A stretch of 61,994 nt of DNA. It comes from Eubacteriales bacterium. Lineage in GTDB: Bacteria; Bacillota; Clostridia; Oscillospirales; CAG-382. Both the position numbers and the translations under genes were made by a program. The stretch's first letter is position 1; each line of letters opens with the position of its first letter. Below are positions 29,665 to 38,026 of the stretch, piece after piece. The DNA is taken from positions 1 through 61,994 of the forward strand of contig JAZUNS010000122.1 of the NCBI GenBank assembly GCA_045604285.1. Direction: 5' to 3'. The notes under the pieces are model-generated. The model searched no databases and was not told the DNA's origin. It worked only from the letters and a program-made list of their open reading frames with translations.

Positions 29665-30575
29665 TAGTGAGCACCTCCAATAATATCACACAAATTAGTT
29701 ATTCCGTATTTATCAGCTACGGACGGAAGATCGTTAACTATATCTCTGCATATATAAGGATCAATCAAATTTGCGGCACCGATCTCTACAGCTGTAGCAC
29801 CTGCAAGCATCATCTCTATAACATCCTCCGCGGAAGAAACGCCACCCATCCCAACAACGGGGATTTTTACCGCTTTAGACACTTGATATACCATGCGCAA
29901 AGCAACGGGAAAGATTGCGCTGCCCGAAAAGCCGCCCATGGTATTGGCTATAATCGGGCGCTTAGTTTTTAAACTAATTCTCATACCAAGCATCGTGTTG
30001 ATTAAGCTTATACCGTCTGCACCGGCGTCCTCGCACGCTTTAGCGATGCTGACAATATCGGTTACGTTGGGAGAAAGTTTTACGATGATTGGCTTTGTTG
30101 TAACAGCCTTAACTGCTTTTGTTACCTCTGCCGCCGCATTAGGATCTGTTCCGAAACTCATGCCCCCTCCGTGTACGTTTGGGCAACTTACGTTAACCTC
30201 AAACCAGCCTATTTGATCACAAGAATCAAGCATTTCACAAGTGTAGGCATATTCTTCCAAAGAAAAACCGCTTACATTGGCCATAACCTTTTTGTTAAAG
30301 CAAGCGCTAAGACGTGGCAATTCTTCTTCTATAACCTTATGCACGCCCGGATTTTGTAAACCCACAGCGTTGATCATACCAGCAGTGCATTCAGCTATCC
30401 TCGGCGTAGGATTACCAAAACGCGGCTCTTTTGTAGTCCCCTTAAAGGAAAAGGTGCCCAAAAGGTTAATATCATATAAATCGGCAAATTCGTAACCATA
30501 ACCAAAAGTACCGCTTGCAGGAATAACGGGATTATCAAGCTCAATTCCGCAAAGAGAAACACTTAATCTGCCCAT
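29664..30575 (-). CDS. pyrD: Dihydroorotate dehydrogenase B, catalytic subunit
   Basis: Class 1B PyrD motifs (NPVIPASGTFG, NVSCPN, GGLSG-like GGFSGSAI). It follows pyrK. Confidence 0.94.
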   Translation of the reverse strand: MGRLSVSLCGIELDNPVIPASGTFGYGYEFADLYDINLLGTFSFKGTTKEPRFGNPTPRIAECTAGMINAVGLQNPGVHKVIEEELPRLSACFNKKVMANVSGFSLEEYAYTCEMLDSCDQIGWFEVNVSCPNVHGGGMSFGTDPNAAAEVTKAVKAVTTKPIIVKLSPNVTDIVSIAKACEDAGADGISLINTMLGMRISLKTKRPIIANTMGGFSGSAIFPVALRMVYQVSKAVKIPVVGMGGVSSAEDVIEMMLAGATAVEIGAANLIDPYICRDIVNDLPSVADKYGITNLCDIIGGAH

Positions 30576-31297
30576 ATAATTTCCTCCTTTTCCAAAACGG
30601 GACCGTCACGGCATATACGTTTATTACCGTATAAAGTTTTACACGAGCACCCCATACACGCACCAAATCCACATCCCATACGCTCTTCAAAGCTGAATTG
30701 ACCGCTTGTTTTTGAGCAACGGTAAACCGCCTTAAGCATTGGTTCGGGGCCACAGGTGTATATATAGCTATAATCAAGTTCCGCCATAGCGTCGGTTACA
30801 AAGCCTTTTACGCCAAAACTACCGTCAACCGTGGTAACGATAACCTTGCATCCCAAGGCTTCAAATTCTTCTTTATAGAAAACTTCTTCTTTTTTATTAA
30901 AGCCAAGAATAACCGTAGGTATTAAGTTGTTTGCAATGAGGCGTTTGGCCAGCATATAAAGAGGCGGAACACCAACACCACCGCCAATCAGCAACGGAGC
31001 AGTTCCTGCAACAGACAAATCATATCCATTGCCTAAGCCGACAAGAACGTCCAAGTTTCCGTCTGCCATCTCGCTCATAGCTTCGGTACCTTTGCCAACA
31101 ACTTTGTAAATTAAAGTTAACGTGTCATCTTCAACGTCGCACACAGAAATAGGGCGTCTTAAAAACAAGCCATCTAACTTAATATTTACAAACTGACCGG
31201 GGGCGGTGATATCGCTAACATCACCTTTTAGTTTCATTACATACACCGAAGGTGCAATCATTCGGTTTTCTGTAATATTTAAAATGCTTTGTTTCAT
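30563..31297 (-). CDS. pyrK: Dihydroorotate dehydrogenase B, electron-transfer (FAD/2Fe-2S) subunit
   Basis: RRPISV FAD motif and a C-terminal Cys cluster (CGFGACMGCSC..C). ATG 31297 has GAGG 6 nt upstream, so the TTG at 31309 is rejected. Confidence 0.9.
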   Translation of the reverse strand: MKQSILNITENRMIAPSVYVMKLKGDVSDITAPGQFVNIKLDGLFLRRPISVCDVEDDTLTLIYKVVGKGTEAMSEMADGNLDVLVGLGNGYDLSVAGTAPLLIGGGVGVPPLYMLAKRLIANNLIPTVILGFNKKEEVFYKEEFEALGCKVIVTTVDGSFGVKGFVTDAMAELDYSYIYTCGPEPMLKAVYRCSKTSGQFSFEERMGCGFGACMGCSCKTLYGNKRICRDGPVLEKEEIIWAD

Positions 31298-31305
31298 ATA
31301 GAACC

Positions 31306-34300
31306 TCAAGAATCAATAGTAGATATGCAAAGGGTGGTTTCTTCAAGAACGTCCAGCAATACACGCACAGTGTCAAGCGCCGTGAAAATTGTAACGTTGT
31401 TTTCGATAGCAGCACGTCTTATTTCATAACCATCGCTAACATTACCGTTTGTTCCCAAGTCTCTCGTATTTATTACGTATGCAATATGTCCTTGACGCAA
31501 AGCATCGGGGATTTCACTACTACCATCTCCGATCTTTTTAAGTACGTGAGTGCGGATACCGTTAGCTTTTAAGAACTTAGCTGTACCTTCTGTAGCTTGA
31601 ATATTAAAACCGAGATTATAAAATCTACGTATTAAAGGAAGAGCTTCTTCTTTATCCTTATCACAAATCGTTGCAAATACGGTACCGTAGTTCTGCAAAT
31701 GCATACCGGATGCCTGCAAAGCTTTATAAAGCGCTCTGTTAAGCTTGTTATCGTAGCCTATGGCCTCACCGGTTGACTTCATTTCGGGAGAGAGATATGC
31801 ATCCAGTCCACGAATTTTATTAAAGGAAAATACGGGAACCTTAACATACCAACGCTGTTTTTCATCGGGGTATATACCAAATATTCCCTGCTCCTTCAAG
31901 CTCTTGCCCATTATAACCTCGGTTGCTATATCAGCAAGGTTATAGCCCGTTGATTTGGAAAGGAACGGAACTGTTCTGGAAGACCTGGGGTTAACCTCAA
32001 TAATGTAAACGTTGTCATCTTTATCAACAATAAACTGAATGTTGTAAAGACCGATTATACCTATACCAAGCCCCAATTTTTTTGCATACTGCAGAATTAT
32101 TCCCTTAACCTTATCTGAGATACTAAAGGTGGGATATACGCTGATAGAGTCACCGCTGTGAACGCCGGTACGCTCTACAAGCTCCATAATACCGGGAACA
32201 AACACATCTGTACCGTCGCAAATAGCATCAACCTCAACCTCTTTACCTTCCAGATATTTGTCAACAAGTACGGGCTTGTCCTCGTCAATTTCAACTGCAG
32301 TTTTTAAATAGTGACGCAATTGCTCTTCGTTGCCGACAATCTGCATCGCTCTGCCACCTAAAACGAAACTGGGACGAACAAGCACGGGATATCCAATTTC
32401 TGCTGCGGCATTTATACCATCTTCTATTTTCGTTACAGCCTTGCCTTTAGGTTGAGGAATGTTCAATTCCTTCAATATTTTTTCAAAGCTGTCTCTGTTT
32501 TCTGCACGTTCTATTGCTTCGCAATCTGTGCCTATGATTCTTACGCCTCGTTTCATGAGAGGCTCAGCAAGATTTATCGCTGTCTGTCCACCCAAAGAAG
32601 CGATTACGCCTTCGGGTTTTTCAAACTCGATGATGTTCATTACATCTTCTGCAGTCAAGGGTTCAAAATAAAGCTTGTCTGCCGTAGTATAATCAGTAGA
32701 AACCGTTTCAGGGTTATTATTAATTATTATAGCCTCATAGCCGGATTGTTTAATTGTAGTAACGGCATGAACAGTAGAATAGTCAAATTCAACACCTTGA
32801 CCAATTCTGATAGGACCTGCACCGAGAACGATAAGCTTTTTCTTATCTGTAAGAACGGAAGCGTTATCTCCCATATATGAGGAGTAAAAATACGGTATAT
32901 ACGCATTGGTGTGGCAAGTGTCTACCATCTTGAAATTAGGGAAAAGCTCATTTTCTTTACGATAATTCCAAACCGAAGTTTCGTCTGTTCCCCAAAGCTT
33001 TGCAATATATTTATCACTAAATCCTGTTTTTTTAGCTTCGGCAAGGCATCCAAGGTTAAAAGGATTCTCTCTAATTAACTTTTCTTGTTCAATGATGTTC
33101 TTAATAGACTCAAGGAAGTAAGGAGTTATAAGCGTAATTTTAGCAACTGTTTCAACAGCTTCACCCCTGCGGAAAAGCTCTGCAATGGCAAAAATATTAT
33201 CATCCTTAAATTCTGCAATATATTTCTTCAATTCTTCGACAGAATAAGAATCAAACTTTGCCAAATGAAAATGGCAGGCACCGATTTCCAATGAGCGTAC
33301 AGATTTCAGTAAACATTCCTCTAAAGTAGAGCCTATACCCATTACTTCGCCCGTAGCCTTCATCTGAGTTCCTAAAGAATTTGAAGCAGAAGCAAACTTA
33401 TCAAACGGAAATCTGGGCAGCTTGGCAACAATGTAATCCAACTTAGGTTCAAATGCAGCAGTAGTATTGGCTACTGTAATTTCTTCCAAAGACATACCAA
33501 CGGCAATCTTAGCAGTTACCCTTGCTATAGGATATCCGCTTGCTTTAGACGCCAATGCAGAAGAACGGGAAACTCTTGGATTAACTTCTATTAAGTAATA
33601 TTCGCTGCTGTTAGGATTAAGTGCAAACTGAACGTTACATCCGCCTTCTATCTTGAGCTCGCGTATTATTTTAATCGCACTGTCATTAAGCATTTTGTGG
33701 TCATGCTCGCTTAATGTTAATATGGGGGCAACGACTATAGAGTCACCGGTATGAACGCCTACGGGGTCAATATTTTCCATACCGCAAATAGTAATAGCAG
33801 TATCGTTGGAATCGCGCATTACTTCAAACTCTATTTCCTTATATCCTTTTACGCTTTTTTCTATAAGCACCTGATGCACGGGAGATAGCTTAAAAGCGTT
33901 AAGGCCGATTTCTATAAGCTCCTGCTCGTTGTTTGCAAATCCGCCACCGGTCCCGCCAAGGGTAAAAGCGGGGCGCAAAACAACGGGATAGCCTATCTTT
34001 TCAGCCGCTGCTTTTGCTTCATCTAAATTATAAGTAATTTCAGAAGGTATAGTAGGCTCACCTATGGACTCACAAAGCTCTTTGAAAAGTTCTCTATCCT
34101 CTGCCCTTTCTATGCTGGCGCTACTCGTTCCGAGAAGTTCAACGCCGCATTCCTTTAAAACGCCCTTACGTTCTAACTGCGTTGCAAGGTTTAAGCCGGT
34201 TTGACCACCGATACCGGGAACAATAGCATCAGGTCTTTCATATCTTAATATTTTTGCAATGTACTCCAGAGACAACGGCTCCATATAAACCTTATCAGCA

Positions 34301-34479
34301 ATGGTCGTATCGGTCATTATCGTAGCAGGGTTAGAGTTACAAAGTACAACCTCGTATCCTTCTTCCTTTAACGCCAAACATGCTTGTGTTCCGGCATAAT
34401 CAAACTCCGCAGCTTGACCTATTACTATCGGACCTGAACCGATAATCAATATCTTTTTTATATCTGTTCTTTTAGCCAT
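31306..34479 (-). CDS. carB: Carbamoyl-phosphate synthase large subunit
   Basis: 1057 aa with duplicated ATP-grasp halves (IIGSGPIVIGQAAEFDY / VLGAGPIRIGQGVEFDY) and a C-terminal MGS-like domain. Confidence 0.97.
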   Translation of the reverse strand: MAKRTDIKKILIIGSGPIVIGQAAEFDYAGTQACLALKEEGYEVVLCNSNPATIMTDTTIADKVYMEPLSLEYIAKILRYERPDAIVPGIGGQTGLNLATQLERKGVLKECGVELLGTSSASIERAEDRELFKELCESIGEPTIPSEITYNLDEAKAAAEKIGYPVVLRPAFTLGGTGGGFANNEQELIEIGLNAFKLSPVHQVLIEKSVKGYKEIEFEVMRDSNDTAITICGMENIDPVGVHTGDSIVVAPILTLSEHDHKMLNDSAIKIIRELKIEGGCNVQFALNPNSSEYYLIEVNPRVSRSSALASKASGYPIARVTAKIAVGMSLEEITVANTTAAFEPKLDYIVAKLPRFPFDKFASASNSLGTQMKATGEVMGIGSTLEECLLKSVRSLEIGACHFHLAKFDSYSVEELKKYIAEFKDDNIFAIAELFRRGEAVETVAKITLITPYFLESIKNIIEQEKLIRENPFNLGCLAEAKKTGFSDKYIAKLWGTDETSVWNYRKENELFPNFKMVDTCHTNAYIPYFYSSYMGDNASVLTDKKKLIVLGAGPIRIGQGVEFDYSTVHAVTTIKQSGYEAIIINNNPETVSTDYTTADKLYFEPLTAEDVMNIIEFEKPEGVIASLGGQTAINLAEPLMKRGVRIIGTDCEAIERAENRDSFEKILKELNIPQPKGKAVTKIEDGINAAAEIGYPVLVRPSFVLGGRAMQIVGNEEQLRHYLKTAVEIDEDKPVLVDKYLEGKEVEVDAICDGTDVFVPGIMELVERTGVHSGDSISVYPTFSISDKVKGIILQYAKKLGLGIGIIGLYNIQFIVDKDDNVYIIEVNPRSSRTVPFLSKSTGYNLADIATEVIMGKSLKEQGIFGIYPDEKQRWYVKVPVFSFNKIRGLDAYLSPEMKSTGEAIGYDNKLNRALYKALQASGMHLQNYGTVFATICDKDKEEALPLIRRFYNLGFNIQATEGTAKFLKANGIRTHVLKKIGDGSSEIPDALRQGHIAYVINTRDLGTNGNVSDGYEIRRAAIENNVTIFTALDTVRVLLDVLEETTLCISTIDS

Positions 34480-34494
34480 GAGAATACCTCCTAC

Positions 34495-35700
34495 TTACAG
34501 ACCGTTATTATACACAATAGTTCCGTTGCAAATCGTTGCAACACATTCACCGAAAAGCCTTTCGCCTTCAAAGGGGGTTGCTTTACCTTTGGATAAAAAC
34601 TTTGCAGAGTCAACCGTAAATGAAGCATTAAGATCCCAAACGGTGCATTCATCTTTCATAGATATTCCAAATCGTCTTCTGGGATTTATTGCGAAAAGCT
34701 CTATGGCACGTTCAAGACTTATAAGCCCCGTTTTTATAAAATTTGTATATATAAGCGGAAACGCAGTTTCCAATCCGACGATGCCGAAGGCACTTTTTTC
34801 AAGTCCTTTTGCTTTTTCCTCTAAAGAATGTGGGGCGTGATCCGTAGCAATCATATCTATCGTGCCATCCAAAAGCCCCTCAATCAACGCTTCTCTATCC
34901 TTGGCAGAACGTAAAGGCGGATTCATTTTGAATCTTCCGTCCTCTTGCAAGCACATATCATCAAGAATCAAATAGTGCGGGGCGGTTTCGCAAGTAATAT
35001 CGACGCCTTCATTTTTAGCTTTTCTTATCAGATCAACACTTTCTTTTGTAGATATATGGCACACGTGATATGAACAACCTGTTTCTTTTACTAACTCTAT
35101 ATCTCTTTTGATAGGTAAAAATTCGCTTTCACTACAAATACCTTTATGATTATGCAATTTTGCATATTCACCATCATGGATGTATCCACCTTTAAGCAAA
35201 GAATTATCTTCACAATGTGCAACTATAATTTTATTATTTCTCTTTGCTGCCAGCATAGCAGCTTTCATAACGTCGCTATTCTGAACACCACGACCATCAT
35301 CTGAGAAAGCAACGGCTTTGGGAGATAACCCATCAAAATCGCTGAGTTCGTTCCCCAGTTCCCCAACCGTTATAGCGGCATAAGGAAAAACGTTGATCTT
35401 TGCATCTTTGCTGATTATGTCAAGTTGCAATTGTAAATTATCTATATTGTCGGGTACCGGAATAAGATTGGGCATCGTGCAAACCGCAGTATAACCACCA
35501 CGCGAAGCAGCATCACAACCGCTGCTTATAGTTTCTTTATAAGAAAAGCCCGGCTGACGAAAATGCACATGCACATCGCAAAAGCCGGGAAAAACAACAT
35601 ATTTAGAATAAGGGGCGAAAAGCTCGCCTGCAGAAACTTTTGAAAGGACTGCAGAAACATCAATGATATTAACATCTTTATTACCATTGACATAAGACAT
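34495..35700 (-). CDS. pyrC: Dihydroorotase
   Basis: Amidohydrolase metal motifs (DVHVHFRQPG, HVCHIST, ATDHAPH). It is the first gene of the pyr operon. Confidence 0.93.
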   Translation of the reverse strand: MSYVNGNKDVNIIDVSAVLSKVSAGELFAPYSKYVVFPGFCDVHVHFRQPGFSYKETISSGCDAASRGGYTAVCTMPNLIPVPDNIDNLQLQLDIISKDAKINVFPYAAITVGELGNELSDFDGLSPKAVAFSDDGRGVQNSDVMKAAMLAAKRNNKIIVAHCEDNSLLKGGYIHDGEYAKLHNHKGICSESEFLPIKRDIELVKETGCSYHVCHISTKESVDLIRKAKNEGVDITCETAPHYLILDDMCLQEDGRFKMNPPLRSAKDREALIEGLLDGTIDMIATDHAPHSLEEKAKGLEKSAFGIVGLETAFPLIYTNFIKTGLISLERAIELFAINPRRRFGISMKDECTVWDLNASFTVDSAKFLSKGKATPFEGERLFGECVATICNGTIVYNNGL

Positions 35701-35719
35701 AACACCTATCTCCTTTCAT

Positions 35720-35794
35720 AAAAAAATCTCGCCACATATGGCAAGACACAAAAAAGCAGACACAATTTCTGTGTCAAAAATATATAATCTTGCC
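35720..35794 (-). promoter_or_regulatory. pyr operon leader with two terminator-like hairpins and an alternative pairing
   Basis: Minus strand GACAC-agaaauu-GUGUC + UGCUUUUUUG, then CUUGCC-auaugu-GGCGAG + AUUUUUUU. An upstream GGCAAGA (35788..35794) can pair with UCUUGCC instead. Confidence 0.6.
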
Positions 35795-35833
35795 GATAGC
35801 TCTGTACCGTGCTTAAAGATATTCGTTGAACAT

Positions 35834-35862
35834 ATGTTATCATAGATATTTTTTTATGTCAA
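35834..35862 (-). promoter_or_regulatory. Putative sigma-A promoter of the pyr operon
   Basis: Minus strand TTGACA - 17 nt - TAACAT. Confidence 0.45.
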
Positions 35863-35919
35863 CATAAAAAACAAACAATTTTATAGTTTTTTCCCTATTT
35901 GTTTTACGCACAACAACCA

Positions 35920-35952
35920 AGAAAAAACAAGGCAACATAACGGTTGCCTTGT
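35920..35952 (-). terminator. Intrinsic terminator ending the 12.7 kb ABC/Yip1 operon
   Basis: Minus strand AACAAGGCAAC-cgttat-GTTGCCTTGTT followed by TTTTTCTT, about 20 nt after the stop at 35974. Confidence 0.85.
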
Positions 35953-35973
35953 TTTCTATACTTGGTATAAGTA

Positions 35974-37008
35974 TTAGCCGGTAACACCGGTACGTTCGAT
36001 ACCTTGAACAAGCTTCTTCTGACCGAAAAGGAACAGAATTACAAGAGGTATCAGTATAAGTATACCAACTGCGTTCTGGATTGCCAATGCATAATTGTTA
36101 GCAACCTGTGCATAATCTTCAAACCAACGCAACGCGGTAGAAGTTTTTTGCACTTCATCAAGGATTTGATTATAGAACACATAGTCGGAATTTGCATAAA
36201 GCATCTTGGTATAGAATCTGTCAGTCCACTGCCAAGAGAAGGTAAAGATGAATATAGTTACCATCATAGGTACGGACATGGGAACGATTATATTCCAAAA
36301 CGTCCTCATGGTGCCTGCGCCGTCAACGTACGCAGCTTCTTCAAGTTCATCGGGAACACCTTTATAGAACTGACGCATCATGAAGATATACAAACCGTTT
36401 CTGTAGCCAATTGCACCGAAAGAAAGAAGTGCAATAGGCCAGTTGGTAGCAAATACGGAATCGGATTCAGGATTCAAAAGGTTTATGCCCAAAGGAATGC
36501 CCCAAATCTTAAAGTCTTGGAAGAAGAATCTCATTGTAGACTGCATCGTCTTGTGAGGAATTACAAGAGTAACGATTACAAACAAGAACAGCAAAGACTT
36601 ACCTTTGAAGTTAAACTTGGAAAAACCGTAGCCTACAAGAGAACACATAAGCATTTGTACGACACCGCAGAACAAGGACACAAGACCTGTATTAAGCGTT
36701 GCCTGCCAGAAAGAGGTTTCGTTTAAAATCATCTTGTAAGTATCAAAAGTAGGATACTTAGGTACAAGCTTAACGGTAACGTCAACGAAATCTTCACCGG
36801 ACATCAAAGAGGTAGATATTTTTGAATAATAAGGGAACAGTATTACATATGAAATACCAATAAGGAATGCATATCTAAACAGTGCCCACAAAAACTTTTT
36901 TGCTGCGAAAAGGGTAAGATACTTATATCTAAAGCGAGTCCAACCGGTAACGTTTTCGTCCAATTTAACTTTATTCTTAGAATAAGTAGGTCTGTCAAAA
37001 GCTCCCAT
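35974..37008 (-). CDS. Binding-protein-dependent ABC permease (MalG/LplC-like), second pair
   Basis: Polytopic protein with EAA loop EEAAYVDGAGTMRTFWNIIVP. An AAGGGGGA RBS is present. Confidence 0.88.
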   Translation of the reverse strand: MGAFDRPTYSKNKVKLDENVTGWTRFRYKYLTLFAAKKFLWALFRYAFLIGISYVILFPYYSKISTSLMSGEDFVDVTVKLVPKYPTFDTYKMILNETSFWQATLNTGLVSLFCGVVQMLMCSLVGYGFSKFNFKGKSLLFLFVIVTLVIPHKTMQSTMRFFFQDFKIWGIPLGINLLNPESDSVFATNWPIALLSFGAIGYRNGLYIFMMRQFYKGVPDELEEAAYVDGAGTMRTFWNIIVPMSVPMMVTIFIFTFSWQWTDRFYTKMLYANSDYVFYNQILDEVQKTSTALRWFEDYAQVANNYALAIQNAVGILILIPLVILFLFGQKKLVQGIERTGVTG

Positions 37009-37026
37009 TAATAACTTCCCCCTTTC

Positions 37027-38010
37027 TTAGTCTCTACGTTGATAGAATACATATGCGGAAATAATACCGGCAACAGCACCTATTATCAACAGAATTACGA
37101 TGAAATACATCCACGACATTGACATCGCCAACGAAAGATTAGTGGTACCGGAGGTCTCATTAATCTCGGTTATATATTTCATTACGTTATTAGATTCGGT
37201 AGTAAACGCATCGATTATGGTATAAATTGCATTTACAAGAATCATAGGGCTGATCATAGGGAAAGTAATCTTCCAGAAGGTTTCCCAAGAAGATGCGCCC
37301 TCGATATATGCAGATTCGTAAATTGCGGGAGCAATAGACTGCAAACCTGCAAGGAATATCAGCATTTGTACACCGGAACGATTGATGATGCCATAAACGT
37401 CATTAACAAGACCGGTAACGTAGGTAACAAGGCCTTCGCCTACTGCCATATTTGCGAAGAAACGCTGAACGTCAATCTGGTTAATAATTTCTGCGCCTGC
37501 AGAAGCAGCTTGGCCTCCTTCCTCACCGGAAGAAATTGAACCCATGCTCTCGGTCATTGTGTTTGCTGCGATGTCAATATACTCAATTATACCGGTCGAA
37601 ACGATAACAGGTATAAAGAATATAGCTCTGAATACTGCTCTGCCACGCATCTTTTGATTAAGAATAATAGCAAGGAAGAGCGAGAAAATTACTATAGCGG
37701 GAACGTCCAAGAGCAAGTCGAGGAGGTTGGTACCAAGCTCTTGCAAAAATCTAACATCTTCACCGATAAACGCATCAATATAGTTCTGAAAACCAACAAA
37801 ATTGTACGTAACGGGCTGAGATGTAGCATCGATTCTGCTAAAGCTTATACGTAAAGACTCAATTATCATCGGAAGATATATGAATGCAAAGCCCAAAATG
37901 AAAGGCAATACAAACACATACCCCATCCTTGATCTGCTCTTTTCCAAGGATTTCGATTTACGACGCTTAGCCGGGCTGCTTAAAGATGCAACTGTGATTC
38001 TGTTTTTCAT
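37027..38010 (-). CDS. Binding-protein-dependent ABC permease (MalF/LplB-like), second pair
   Basis: Polytopic protein with EAA loop ESAYIEGASSWETFWKITFP. ATG 38010 (AGGAGG upstream) is preferred over ATG 38037. Confidence 0.86.
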   Translation of the reverse strand: MKNRITVASLSSPAKRRKSKSLEKSRSRMGYVFVLPFILGFAFIYLPMIIESLRISFSRIDATSQPVTYNFVGFQNYIDAFIGEDVRFLQELGTNLLDLLLDVPAIVIFSLFLAIILNQKMRGRAVFRAIFFIPVIVSTGIIEYIDIAANTMTESMGSISSGEEGGQAASAGAEIINQIDVQRFFANMAVGEGLVTYVTGLVNDVYGIINRSGVQMLIFLAGLQSIAPAIYESAYIEGASSWETFWKITFPMISPMILVNAIYTIIDAFTTESNNVMKYITEINETSGTTNLSLAMSMSWMYFIVILLIIGAVAGIISAYVFYQRRD

Positions 38011-38026
38011 TATTATCCGGCCCTCC

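Noticed and set aside
35795-35815. PyrR-binding loop in the pyr leader
   Set aside because: Only UACAGAGCU in a weak stem (CGGUA/UAUCG with a G-U pair) resembles the UCCAGAGAGG consensus. That is too degenerate to call without a model scan, and no pyrR gene is in the window.
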